Sequence record: MW394390.1
Source of the DNA: Klebsiella phage vB_KpM_FBKp34
Strand: one strand, 5' to 3'
Length of the DNA: 64,000 bases
Positions 1 to 9,251 of the stretch are shown piece by piece. Positions within the stretch are counted from its first letter, which is position 1. Each line of letters begins with the position of its first letter. Position numbers and translations under genes: made by a program. Below the pieces are notes generated by a model. That model was not told where the DNA came from, made no database searches, and worked only from the letters and a program-made list of their open reading frames with translations.

Positions 1-377
1 CTGTAACACTCAATCTCTTTCTGCTTAGTAGTATGATCTGTAATTAACTCTAAGATATTTTCTACAATATCATGACACCCATCTTTTCTTCCTCTGAAGA
101 TTATAGGGTACATCTGACCAATTCTTTTATTATCTAATCTTAGGATCCTTTCATAAGATGTTTCATATTTTATCTTACTCATCTAACTCCTTACTTAATA
201 TTAATATGATTAATTATAATTATTATAATTTCTGGGAGGGTACTATACTCCATCCTAATACTGTTTTGCTTCCAGGCCAGATATACCAAGGCTTGCAGCC
301 AGATCAGAGTTCATGACTTTTATAGTGTCTGTAAAAGACAAAACACACAACATATAGGTATAGTGGTTACTAACTTT

Positions 378-614
378 TTAATCAAGATTTTTACCTTCAA
401 CAGTCACACTACGATCATTTTTAGAAACATAGTAATCCGCAGTTCTATAATTCCATAACTCTAAAGCAGATTGAGGTTTGTAATCACCCTCAACTTCAGC
501 ACAGCAACCTAAACAGCTTACCCGATCAGTTATCTTAGTTTCTTTGTTACCTTTTGTCCAGTGTGCTCTTTCACCACAAAACGGGCAACCTTTTAAGATT
601 AATATTTTTGCCAT
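378..614 (-). CDS. Lar-family restriction alleviation / zinc-ribbon protein
   Basis: 78 aa; N-terminal LKGCPFCGE plus a second Cys pair (CLGCCAEVEG) and a conserved Trp-Asn near the C-terminus, typical of the Lar family. Confidence 0.5.
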   Translation of the reverse strand: MAKILILKGCPFCGERAHWTKGNKETKITDRVSCLGCCAEVEGDYKPQSALELWNYRTADYYVSKNDRSVTVEGKNLD

Positions 615-751
615 AATATACCCTAAAATCGTGAATCAAATTTAAGACACCTAGAAACGATTCTGAGAGGTTTTAGTTTAAAGTAACCCATACGGATATC
701 TTCTCTCTAAAAACCTCTCATATTGCTTTCTAGACCGCTAATTTTTGATTA

Positions 752-2104
752 TCAAAACATTGGTCCGGTTACACTGACGGGTTCAACAGCACTCCCTTCA
801 TTTTCTTCAGGCAAATCTTCCAAATCCAGTTCTTCATTTCGACAATGATTCTCTGAGACTTTGATATTAAATTTACTACTAATATCTACAGTAGACAGGT
901 CAGGAGATTTGACATAAGGCTCATTAACAACACTCAGAACTTTAACCTTAGTGAAACGAAGTTCATTAGATCTGTGAGCCGTGCGATCTTTAATTTCTGC
1001 AAGACACATCAACATAACAACGCCTTCACGATTTGCAAAGTAGTGGTCTTTAATATCTGTATCCTTGCAGAAGAATAAGCCAGATTGCTCATCTACGGCA
1101 TCTTTACCAAGTTCGTATAAGAAAGAATCTCGGTGAATAGATTTAAAGATATTTGGATTCTCTGTTTTATGCACCCATTTATAAAACATTCCACTAGTAG
1201 GCTCTTCTGGGTTTACATTTTCAAAGACTTCATTTTGAGGTGCAAACAGCAAAGCAATATTTAGTGGAACGGATTGACGAGCATATTCAGACCTGTAATG
1301 AGCTACATCTCCATCTCGATACCAACCACCATCTAATGGATTATCAGAGTGAATAAGACGAGCAAGCTGATGAACAGCAAGTGTAGGTTCATTTGGCTTT
1401 GAAATAACTTTGTTAATTTCTGGTTTACTTCCTTCAGAAGATTCATTTAAGACCTTCAGACCTTTTTCAAGATCAAAATCTTTATCATCCAGCTTGGAAA
1501 GCGCTGCCAAAGCACTGTTACCATAGAAACCACCAACCTGCTCAATAAACTGACGAGGTGTTTTAATTTCAAGCTGTGAAACAGTTAAAAGAAGTTTAAT
1601 CATTTCACTACGAGAAATTTGATAACCACGCTCTTTAAATTTATTTACTCGCAAAGCACTAACCAAAGGATATGCTGTATTTTTATTAAAACTCAGACGG
1701 CGCTGTGATAAATCACTAAAGAAGTCAGGATGATATTCTAGCTTTTCAGTTTTGAAATCATATCCACACATAGAGATTGTGAAGTCAAAAGTGTTGAAAA
1801 CATCCTGAAGATCTTCAAAATACTTAAAATAGATTAATTGAATTGGTACACTTCCACCAATCAACGTCACAGATTTATCAGTAATAGAGATACAAAAACG
1901 CTTGTCGCCGTACTCCGAAATATAATTCAGAAAGCGAACAAGATCAGCTTTAGATCGAAAATAGCAATCAACATCATTTACTTCTTTCTTGGTAAAAAGG
2001 GAAGTAAAAACTCCGCCTGCAATCATCATATTACACTCTTTGAAAAGAGCTTTTTCATATTTAAATGTATTAAGTACAGTCTCAATAACAAATTCTTTAC
2101 TCAT
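752..2104 (-). CDS. hypothetical protein, possible nucleotidyltransferase-fold (AGG...DVDCYF)
   Basis: 450-aa ORF; N-terminal MMIAGGVFTSLF...NDVDCYF resembles a G[GS]-x(9-13)-DxD NTase signature; large C-terminal extension of unknown function. Confidence 0.3.
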   Translation of the reverse strand: MSKEFVIETVLNTFKYEKALFKECNMMIAGGVFTSLFTKKEVNDVDCYFRSKADLVRFLNYISEYGDKRFCISITDKSVTLIGGSVPIQLIYFKYFEDLQDVFNTFDFTISMCGYDFKTEKLEYHPDFFSDLSQRRLSFNKNTAYPLVSALRVNKFKERGYQISRSEMIKLLLTVSQLEIKTPRQFIEQVGGFYGNSALAALSKLDDKDFDLEKGLKVLNESSEGSKPEINKVISKPNEPTLAVHQLARLIHSDNPLDGGWYRDGDVAHYRSEYARQSVPLNIALLFAPQNEVFENVNPEEPTSGMFYKWVHKTENPNIFKSIHRDSFLYELGKDAVDEQSGLFFCKDTDIKDHYFANREGVVMLMCLAEIKDRTAHRSNELRFTKVKVLSVVNEPYVKSPDLSTVDISSKFNIKVSENHCRNEELDLEDLPEENEGSAVEPVSVTGPMF

Positions 2105-2116
2105 TTAATTCTCCTG

Positions 2117-2437
2117 TTAAGATAAAACACACATTGATTTTTTAAAAAGGTATTGCGAATGACGGTCTCCACAACCATTATCACCATCTACAACTAAGTA
2201 TTTCTCAGATTCATATACAATCCAATTAACTTCCACACTATAAGTATTCCCTTCTCGCCATTCAAGATCCTCTATACTGGCATCTTCATTCCAAGCAATA
2301 GAGTACTGATCTTGTTCATAAGGATATTTAGTTAAATCTATTAATCCAATATGTAAATCAGGGTACTGACCTTGACTAAATTCCTCAAGTACCCCATTTA
2401 ACTCAATAATTTTCTCAATAACTTTATCTGCTTCCAT
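2117..2437 (-). CDS. hypothetical protein
   Basis: 106-aa ORF tightly packed in a minus-strand early gene array. Confidence 0.5.
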   Translation of the reverse strand: MEADKVIEKIIELNGVLEEFSQGQYPDLHIGLIDLTKYPYEQDQYSIAWNEDASIEDLEWREGNTYSVEVNWIVYESEKYLVVDGDNGCGDRHSQYLFKKSMCVLS

Positions 2438-2443
2438 AATTCC

Positions 2444-2692
2444 TCACTTATTGTTTTTGAATAAAACATCTACAGCATGTTGAATTTTATTCCATGTTTC
2501 AAGATCAAAAGAGATCTCACCATTACTTACATAGTCTTTTAAGTTTTCATTAAATTCTTCATATGAAAGGACGACAACATCAGGAAAATCTGGAGAAGTT
2601 TTAACTGAATAACGCCAGGCATCAAAATGTGGACTATCATAGATGTGTGCAGAGAAGTCAATGGTATTCTCTTGAATATTTTCTTTAGTCAA
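2444..2692 (-). CDS. hypothetical protein
   Basis: 82-aa ORF, packed array. Confidence 0.45.
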   Translation of the reverse strand: MTKENIQENTIDFSAHIYDSPHFDAWRYSVKTSPDFPDVVVLSYEEFNENLKDYVSNGEISFDLETWNKIQHAVDVLFKNNK

Positions 2693-2700
2693 ATTTCCTC

Positions 2701-2895
2701 CTAATCCTTGCTCAATGTAATTTTAGTCTCAATAGACAAACCTTGTGTAGTATGCTCAATTTGCTCTAAGATAGCAATTGCTGAATCTAAACCACGCATT
2801 GCATTATGATATTTGTTTTCATAATAGGTTCCAGCTAAAGCATCTGAACGTTTTTTCTTAATATAATCAAGTGTCTCTTTGCTAACAATACTCAT
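2701..2895 (-). CDS. hypothetical protein
   Basis: 64-aa ORF; its start overlaps the stop of the neighbouring ORF (ATGA-type overlap). Confidence 0.4.
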   Translation of the reverse strand: MSIVSKETLDYIKKKRSDALAGTYYENKYHNAMRGLDSAIAILEQIEHTTQGLSIETKITLSKD

Positions 2896-3089
2896 TTTAT
2901 CTCCTTAACTTCTAATTTGACGGGCTTACCTTCAATATAAAAACAATCATATGAAGCTTTATCTCCTTGAGTAGTAGGCCAATGCAAAGCTACATAACAT
3001 TCTGCAGGAGTTTTATAAATTTGTGCTTGGTCTATTTCTTGCTTACCATTCAAAGTAGCAACTACAACCCAACCAGATAAAGTTATCAT
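2892..3089 (-). CDS. hypothetical protein
   Basis: 65-aa ORF overlapping its neighbour by 4 nt. Confidence 0.4.
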   Translation of the reverse strand: MITLSGWVVVATLNGKQEIDQAQIYKTPAECYVALHWPTTQGDKASYDCFYIEGKPVKLEVKEIK

Positions 3090-3328
3090 ACTTTAGCCAC
3101 CCAGCCTTTTTCAATTAAGATTTCAAAGATTGGCATATGTTCATTGTATTCTAAAATATCACCAACAGAATATGCACCTAAGCAGGATAAAGCAGCACCG
3201 TAATTTTCAAATGCACGGATATCAGTAATACGTAATTTCATTATTTCCCCTCATTCATAAGCTTTTGTTTAGCAAGGATTAAATCCATTGCTGTGTAAGG
3301 TTTATTCGTCCCATGATACTCTAAAGGT

Positions 3329-3550
3329 TTAATCATCCCATTTTTCCTTATAACTATAGCCAATTAATTCACCGTGTTGCCTAAGTGAAGAAATGTCAAT
3401 AGGGAAAATATTTCGTGTTTTAAGATTTTCCATATCAACTGTATATCTAAAAACTTGAATAACTACACAGTGAGCATACACTACGGAATCACCTAGCTTA
3501 TATGGTAGTTTTACAATCATTCCCGGACAAACAAAAGTATTTTGATTCAT
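3329..3550 (-). CDS. hypothetical protein
   Basis: 73-aa ORF. Confidence 0.4.
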   Translation of the reverse strand: MNQNTFVCPGMIVKLPYKLGDSVVYAHCVVIQVFRYTVDMENLKTRNIFPIDISSLRQHGELIGYSYKEKWDD

Positions 3551-3918
3551 TATTTTCTACTCTTCAACTTATGAACGATGTCTAAATCCCCTTTAGAAAG
3601 ATAATACACACCAAAACGAGTGTCAATATAAAATTGACGTTTAGTGTGGTCCATGCAAAGTTTTGCTTCTTGTTTGCATAAGACTTCTTTGTAAGGTGTA
3701 CCTTGACCACCATCCCTGAAGAAAGAAACAGTAAGGATTTGTTCATCATCTTCATTCATAAAGAAACTATCAATTTTGACAAATTTCCCAGAAGTAACAC
3801 CAGGGAATAATTCATTTAAACTATAACGCCCATCTGGGTTAATGGAATCAAACTCTTGTTTAATCAGATCTTTATCTTGTACAATCTGAACTTTAATTGG
3901 TACATAGTAACCATTCAT
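3550..3918 (-). CDS. hypothetical protein
   Basis: 122-aa ORF abutting downstream ORF. Confidence 0.5.
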   Translation of the reverse strand: MNGYYVPIKVQIVQDKDLIKQEFDSINPDGRYSLNELFPGVTSGKFVKIDSFFMNEDDEQILTVSFFRDGGQGTPYKEVLCKQEAKLCMDHTKRQFYIDTRFGVYYLSKGDLDIVHKLKSRK

Positions 3919-3945
3919 AATAAACTCCTGAAATTTAAATAAAAA

Positions 3946-4440
3946 TCAATCTTCGTGAATAGATTTTAATTTATCTAAGATTGTGTTGACGTCATCTAAA
4001 GTTTCAGCTTCTTGGAGACGACGAGTCAGAGTATTAATTAAACCCTTAATCACAGCAGGATTTGTTTTAGGTTTACGTTCTAAAAGTAGTTCCATTTCTT
4101 TTTGATGATTGCTTATCAATGTAGCTTGTTCTTGTTGCCAAGCTTCTTCATCCATAGCACCTTTACATACACAAGTATAACCGTAAACCTGATAATCACC
4201 TTCTTCAATATAAGGTTGTAAAGGTAAACCTTCATGACCACAATATGCACAAATTGGAGCACCTGAGCTAAAGACCATCTTAGTTGGTTGTGCGTTACAT
4301 TCAGGACTCCAATACATCCTATAACTACTGCCATTTTCACCATGAAAACTACCTACAAAACTTTTACGAAAACGATTGTAGGAACGTTCATCTGCATAAC
4401 TTGGGATAGCCATTTTAGTTTCCTTATAGACTATAAACAA
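3946..4440 (-). CDS. hypothetical zinc-finger protein
   Basis: 164 aa; Cys clusters CAYCGH...CVCKG. Confidence 0.45.
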   Translation of the reverse strand: MFIVYKETKMAIPSYADERSYNRFRKSFVGSFHGENGSSYRMYWSPECNAQPTKMVFSSGAPICAYCGHEGLPLQPYIEEGDYQVYGYTCVCKGAMDEEAWQQEQATLISNHQKEMELLLERKPKTNPAVIKGLINTLTRRLQEAETLDDVNTILDKLKSIHED

Positions 4441-4570
4441 CAGATTTAATATCTTGAACGTTTAACTCAGTCAAAGAGATAAAACGTTCAATAGCTAAAC
4501 AGATATTTGATGCTGAAATTCTCAATGAAGTGCCATTGAAAGCAGTAATGTTATACATAATCTTTTCTCC

Positions 4571-4858
4571 TCAGAATGCAAGTACACGTTTGATGTCTTT
4601 TGGTGCATTTTCGAACAACTCAATTACAAAGTCAAGCATTTTTATTAGATCATTCGTCACACTATACTCTTTGTAAGACCTCAAGCATGTTTTCTGTTCA
4701 CCAACTTGATGCAAAACCTTGATTGGTGCATCCAGGCGGATGTTACGGTCTTCGTCCTCCTCAAAAGAAGCTAACCACTTTTCATTGTCACCATGGACAG
4801 CAATTATGATCCCATAACCGTCAACAGTTTCTGAAATGTTTTTAGTTGCCTTTATCAT
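4571..4858 (-). CDS. hypothetical protein
   Basis: 95-aa ORF. Confidence 0.45.
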   Translation of the reverse strand: MIKATKNISETVDGYGIIIAVHGDNEKWLASFEEDEDRNIRLDAPIKVLHQVGEQKTCLRSYKEYSVTNDLIKMLDFVIELFENAPKDIKRVLAF

Positions 4859-5396
4859 TCAAGAGTTCCTCAATGTGACTAACACGATGTTCATAATAAT
4901 CCCCAAGAGAAAAGTAAGCTGCTGGGCTATGCAAAACATCCCATTCAAGCATCATCTCAATAGTTTTGTACATCTTAAGATACTTTTGCATTCTTGCAAA
5001 GTCTTTTTCTCGCAAACCTTTTAAACGACGAATATCTGTGTTGTGACGAAGATCAGCCAGCTTCACACGACACGTATCAGAAGAATACAAAATGCCTGAA
5101 AGGTACTCATTATGAGATTGACCTGCTTTCTTGGTTAAACGATTGATGCCATCCACTACCCGCTCTGAAAAACCGTAGGCAGCAAGTTCGATAAAAGTCA
5201 CATCACAATCTTCAACCAAATCATGACCGACAGCAATGCAGTTAAGTTCATCATCATCCGATTTGAGATAGTGCATAACCTTTAGTACATGCAAAATGTA
5301 AGGTCTTCCACCTTTATCAAATTGATCTTTATGGCCTTCTGCTGCTAACTTAATCATAAGGGAGAGTTGTTGTGCTGGAGTAAGTTCAAATTTCAT
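4842..5396 (-). CDS. HD-domain small alarmone hydrolase (SpoT/MESH1-like (p)ppGpp hydrolase)
   Basis: 184 aa; H...HD...ED motif (EGHKDQFDKGGRPYILHVLKV...GHDLVEDCDVTFIEL), FGERVVDGINRLTK and KLADLRHNTD match the Rel/SpoT hydrolase HD domain. Confidence 0.7.
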   Translation of the reverse strand: MKFELTPAQQLSLMIKLAAEGHKDQFDKGGRPYILHVLKVMHYLKSDDDELNCIAVGHDLVEDCDVTFIELAAYGFSERVVDGINRLTKKAGQSHNEYLSGILYSSDTCRVKLADLRHNTDIRRLKGLREKDFARMQKYLKMYKTIEMMLEWDVLHSPAAYFSLGDYYEHRVSHIEELLNDKGN

Positions 5397-5426
5397 TTGT
5401 ATGTCCTTCTTGGTTAAGATAACTCC

Positions 5427-5454
5427 ATCTTACTCTAAAAATATTTCATGTCAA
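5427..5454 (-). promoter_or_regulatory. sigma70-like promoter (TTGACA-N16-TAAGAT) for the minus-strand early operon
   Basis: reverse complement of 5427-5454 reads TTGACATGAAATATTTTTAGAGTAAGAT, directly upstream of the gene starting at 5396. Confidence 0.45.
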
Positions 5455-5457
5455 GGG

Positions 5458-5485
5458 TTGACTTTCTTTTTCGGTTTGATAAGAT
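5458..5485 (+). promoter_or_regulatory. sigma70-like promoter (TTGACT-N16-TAAGAT) for the plus-strand early/middle block
   Basis: TTGACT at 5458-5463 and TAAGAT at 5480-5485, followed by RBS GAGAGGAG and ATG at 5516; back-to-back with the minus-strand promoter. Confidence 0.45.
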
Positions 5486-5515
5486 TGTTGCATACCAAAC
5501 GAGAGGAGAAAAAAG

Positions 5516-5878
5516 ATGCCTATTTACCATGTAACTACTGAAGGTGATGATGAAGGTCGTAGCACTCGCGACCTGGGATATGTTGAAGCAAATAGCCCTG
5601 AACATGCTGTCAAATACTTGAAAAGTATTGGTATCCATGAATATTATGATTACTATGTGGACGTAGCACTGAATGTTGTTCGTAAAGCCGCCCCAGAAGA
5701 AACTCTGAATATGTGGGTAGCCGAACTATCCCTGCGGCCTTACAGCAAAGATTCTTACAAAGGTAAGGTAGTTGAAAACACAGAAGTACGTAAGCGTTGT
5801 CAACAAACTGTTCGAGAAGCAATGAAACGTGCAGGGCTTTCTTATGAAGACGTAGTTAACTTTGGTAAAGGAGAATAA
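5516..5878 (+). CDS. hypothetical protein
   Basis: 120-aa ORF with strong RBS; first gene of the plus-strand block. Confidence 0.55.
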   Translation: MPIYHVTTEGDDEGRSTRDLGYVEANSPEHAVKYLKSIGIHEYYDYYVDVALNVVRKAAPEETLNMWVAELSLRPYSKDSYKGKVVENTEVRKRCQQTVREAMKRAGLSYEDVVNFGKGE

Positions 5879-5880
5879 CA

Positions 5881-6252
5881 ATGTATAACCTCACCTGGAC
5901 GCAAGCCCAAGAAGCAATGCGTGAAGGTAAACGTGTAAAAAACTGTCACTTTACTGATGATGAGTGGTTTACAATGCAGGGTTGCTCTATTATAGATGAA
6001 GCTGGATATTCAATGGAAGGTTGGTATCGTGGTGAGCCTTGGCAAGATGTTGGTTGGACAGTTATTGCTGATGAAATAGCAGAACTTACAAAAGATGTAG
6101 AGTTTGTTCTGGACTTTACTAATCTTGAAAAGTATACTCTTAAAAGTATGATAGCTACAACAACTAAAGATAGATCTGATAGTGACTATGCCACTACAAA
6201 AATCTATAAAGGTAAAGGTCATAACAAGCTCCAGAAGAGGAAGAAGAAATGA
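5881..6252 (+). CDS. hypothetical protein (basic C-terminus)
   Basis: 123-aa ORF ending KLQKRKKK. Confidence 0.5.
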   Translation: MYNLTWTQAQEAMREGKRVKNCHFTDDEWFTMQGCSIIDEAGYSMEGWYRGEPWQDVGWTVIADEIAELTKDVEFVLDFTNLEKYTLKSMIATTTKDRSDSDYATTKIYKGKGHNKLQKRKKK

Positions 6253-6477
6253 AAATATTATATATTGAAGATGTTATGTGCGAGAAATGTTATGGTAGTA
6301 TTTTCTCTGGTGGGTGTATTTGTAAATGACTATCTATCAAAACATGTTTCGTGCTATCATGCGTAAGTATATCGGAAGTAAGGGGTATGCATCCCTTGAT
6401 GGTGGAAACACTTGGTCAGAAAGTGGAACACCAGAGGAGTTGATCAAACGTCTACCTTACTATGTGGAGATTAAATA

Positions 6478-6801
6478 ATGTTTTTATATTTTATTGGAGT
6501 TTTGGTTAGTGGTCTGCTATGGTTTGGTTTAATTAAGCTTCGACAGAAAGGTTTTGGTATAAAGATGCCAAAGTCTTTTGGTGAAGATTCCTTTTTCTTA
6601 GAACCTCTGGATAATAGAAGTGTGAACTATTCTTTAGTTATGATAGGGTTACTGCTATTCTCAATTCTATGGCCTATTGCTTGGGTCTTTCTTTTTTGGT
6701 TATATCTAATGGCATATATAATCGAGTTTGTTCAGTGGTTGTGGAAGAACTCAGTAGGAAATGAGAAATTTGTCAAGAAATTTTTTGGAGTAAGCAAGTG
6801 A
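6478..6801 (+). CDS. hypothetical membrane protein
   Basis: 107 aa with three hydrophobic helices. Confidence 0.5.
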   Translation: MFLYFIGVLVSGLLWFGLIKLRQKGFGIKMPKSFGEDSFFLEPLDNRSVNYSLVMIGLLLFSILWPIAWVFLFWLYLMAYIIEFVQWLWKNSVGNEKFVKKFFGVSK

Positions 6802-7007
6802 CTGACTGGGTTAAAATTAAAGCTACTAAAGAAATTCCTGTAGGAAAGTGGTTAGTCTACATGGAAGATGGAGAATATGGCTATTGTGAAGTAAACAAAA
6901 CTAAAAGTGGTACAATCGCTGTTATAAACGGTCGTTTTTACTTTGACATAGCTAGTGTAGTAGCATACACTTCATTTAACCACTATGAAGGAGGTAAAAA
7001 TGTTTAG
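6798..7007 (+). CDS. hypothetical protein
   Basis: 69-aa ORF, 4-nt overlap with its neighbour. Confidence 0.4.
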   Translation: MTDWVKIKATKEIPVGKWLVYMEDGEYGYCEVNKTKSGTIAVINGRFYFDIASVVAYTSFNHYEGGKNV

Positions 7008-7341
7008 TAACACAGTTCTGGATTCATTGGGAATCTTGCTTAATGCTGGGATCGAGGTCTCAATGCATTATGATCGTGAGAAAAAATTGTGGTATGCTGA
7101 CCTTAACACTGGGGCAAAAAGTCACATGCATTTGTATGATGATGGAAAAATCATCACATTAGAAAAACGTTATAATGAAAAAGATCAATTAAATTATGAG
7201 TTTGATAATTCGATGGAAGATATCTTGAACTTTTATTGTTGTAATTTTGTATCATGTATCAAAGGACGATCTTTTGCTAATGAAAATTGGGTTGCTTTTG
7301 CAAAAGAACGAGGTTATACTGCTGTCTTCGGAATTAATTAA
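6985..7341 (+). CDS. hypothetical protein
   Basis: 118-aa ORF. Confidence 0.45.
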   Translation: MKEVKMFSNTVLDSLGILLNAGIEVSMHYDREKKLWYADLNTGAKSHMHLYDDGKIITLEKRYNEKDQLNYEFDNSMEDILNFYCCNFVSCIKGRSFANENWVAFAKERGYTAVFGIN

Positions 7342-7350
7342 GGAGACCAA

Positions 7351-7587
7351 ATGTTAAATTCATTATATGTAAAAGACTATAATGACAATGTTTATACAAA
7401 AGTTGTAGCTGTCCTTCTGATCAATAATGTACCAACCTATATCGACGCCTACGGTGAAGGATATGAAGTGGGTGTTGCACATGTTATTGATATTGATCAC
7501 ATAGTTGATCCATATTTAGGTATTGAATGGCATGATAATGGGTTAACTTTTAAAACTTATGAACGGAAATATCCAAGGGAGCTTTAA
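7351..7587 (+). CDS. hypothetical protein
   Basis: 78-aa ORF with RBS AAGGAGA. Confidence 0.45.
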   Translation: MLNSLYVKDYNDNVYTKVVAVLLINNVPTYIDAYGEGYEVGVAHVIDIDHIVDPYLGIEWHDNGLTFKTYERKYPREL

Positions 7588-7589
7588 TA

Positions 7590-8288
7590 ATGCAAGTTAA
7601 AAATTTAAAACCTTTAATCACAGAAAGTTCACATGCAGGGGATGTTTCACAAAAGATTAGTCATCCTGCATATGGACTAATTTCTGTTACACGTCCGATG
7701 GGTGGCAGAAAAGAAATGTTTGGTTCTGATTTACGTCATGACAACACTGTGACAATCCGAATATCTAATGCTATTGAAGAACGTTCATTAGGACGTTCCT
7801 GGTACTATGAGAAAGGTCAAATCATTGAATTGGATATGACTGAAGCACAGTGGGCTAAGTTTGTCTCCTCACATGGTATGTCGGGAACACCGGTTACTTT
7901 ACGATATATCCGCGAAGAAGGTCAAATTCCTTGGATTGAATCTCAGAATAGCAAAGCAGATTACTCAGAAAAAGAATTTGAACGTGTTATTAAGAACAAT
8001 ATGCAGTACGCTCAAGATGCTTTAAATGAAGTTAAAGAACTCATTGCCAAGGGTAAAGCAGGTAAAAAGGATTTAGAGAATCTTGAAAAGGTTCTTTGGC
8101 GTATTGTTGAACGTTTCCCAGATAGTGCAGCGTTTGCAGTAAGAGCTTTCAAAGAAGAAACTGAAGAAATGGTAGAAGGTGCTAAAATTGAGATTGAAGC
8201 CTCTTTATCAGCTTTGGTGCAAAATACAGGTATTGAAGCTTTAGGTATTAAAAACTGGAATAAACTTGAGGATAAATCTGATGAGTAA
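7590..8288 (+). CDS. hypothetical protein
   Basis: 232-aa ORF. Confidence 0.5.
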   Translation: MQVKNLKPLITESSHAGDVSQKISHPAYGLISVTRPMGGRKEMFGSDLRHDNTVTIRISNAIEERSLGRSWYYEKGQIIELDMTEAQWAKFVSSHGMSGTPVTLRYIREEGQIPWIESQNSKADYSEKEFERVIKNNMQYAQDALNEVKELIAKGKAGKKDLENLEKVLWRIVERFPDSAAFAVRAFKEETEEMVEGAKIEIEASLSALVQNTGIEALGIKNWNKLEDKSDE

Positions 8289-8475
8289 GATTGTAATGGA
8301 AACCATCTTTGGTTCACATTTATATGGTCTGAATACCCCTAACAGTGATACAGATTACAAAGGAATTTTTATTCCTGATGCAAAAGATATTCTCTTAGGA
8401 AAAGCTCCTAAAACAATTCAATCATCTACAGGTGATAAACACTCAAAGAATACAAAAGATGACATTGATCGCTAA
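8266..8475 (+). CDS. nucleotidyltransferase, N-terminal part (GS-x9-DxD); ends at an in-frame TAA
   Basis: FGSHLYGLNTPNSDTDYKGIF is a classic pol-beta/MNT-type NTase signature; the next ORF continues in the same frame after a single TAA. Confidence 0.5.
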   Translation: MRINLMSKIVMETIFGSHLYGLNTPNSDTDYKGIFIPDAKDILLGKAPKTIQSSTGDKHSKNTKDDIDR

Positions 8476-9237
8476 ATGTTTAGTTTGAGTAAATTCATCA
8501 GTCTTGCTTGTGAAGGTGATACAGTAGCTATCGACATGATTCATGCTGATGATAGTAAGCTCGTAACCAATTCTGAAACGTGGCAATATATTCGTGACAA
8601 TCGTCACCGTTTTTATACTAAAAAGCTGACAGGACTTTTTGGTTATGTAAGGAAACAAGCATCTAAGTATGGAATTAAAGGCTCCAGGCTTGCAGCATTA
8701 CGTGAAGTTGTAGAATATATTAAGACAATAGATGATTCTAAAAAGGTTGGTGATTTCAAAGAATATTTTCCACTCAATGAGTTTGCATATTGGATCTTTG
8801 CTACGGATAAAAATGGTGTAAATCAAATCTTTTATGAAGTTCTTGGAAGAAAGTTTCAACAAACAGTCTCAGTAAAAGAAATGAAAACATCTTTATTTAA
8901 ACTGTGGGAAGAATATGGTGATAGAGCACGTTTGGCTGAGGCTAATCAAGGTGTGGATTGGAAAGCTCTGAGCCACGCTCTTCGTGGTGGATATCAACTT
9001 ATTAACATTTATAAGCATGGTGATCTTGTTTATCCTATGGAACAAAATCCCTTGATTTTATCTGTTAAGACTGGTAACATGCCTTTCAATGAGGTTCAGG
9101 AAGAACTTGAGAAGGTTGTACAGGAAGTTGAAATTTTAGCAGAAAACTCTCATTATCCTTCTTCAGTAGATAAGGAATTTTGGGAAGATTTTCTAGAAGA
9201 GGTTTATTCAGAACATATTCTTGGAGCATATTTGTGA
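8476..9237 (+). CDS. nucleotidyltransferase, C-terminal part (same frame as 8266-8475)
   Basis: starts with ATG right after the TAA; contains VAIDMIHADD (possible third acidic residue) and a long helical domain. Confidence 0.5.
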   Translation: MFSLSKFISLACEGDTVAIDMIHADDSKLVTNSETWQYIRDNRHRFYTKKLTGLFGYVRKQASKYGIKGSRLAALREVVEYIKTIDDSKKVGDFKEYFPLNEFAYWIFATDKNGVNQIFYEVLGRKFQQTVSVKEMKTSLFKLWEEYGDRARLAEANQGVDWKALSHALRGGYQLINIYKHGDLVYPMEQNPLILSVKTGNMPFNEVQEELEKVVQEVEILAENSHYPSSVDKEFWEDFLEEVYSEHILGAYL

Positions 9238-9251
9238 CTAATGAATACCAG

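Noticed and set aside
1838-2125. Plus-strand 95-aa ORF overlapping the 450-aa minus-strand gene
   Set aside because: It is antisense to a long well-supported ORF, with a low-complexity translation.
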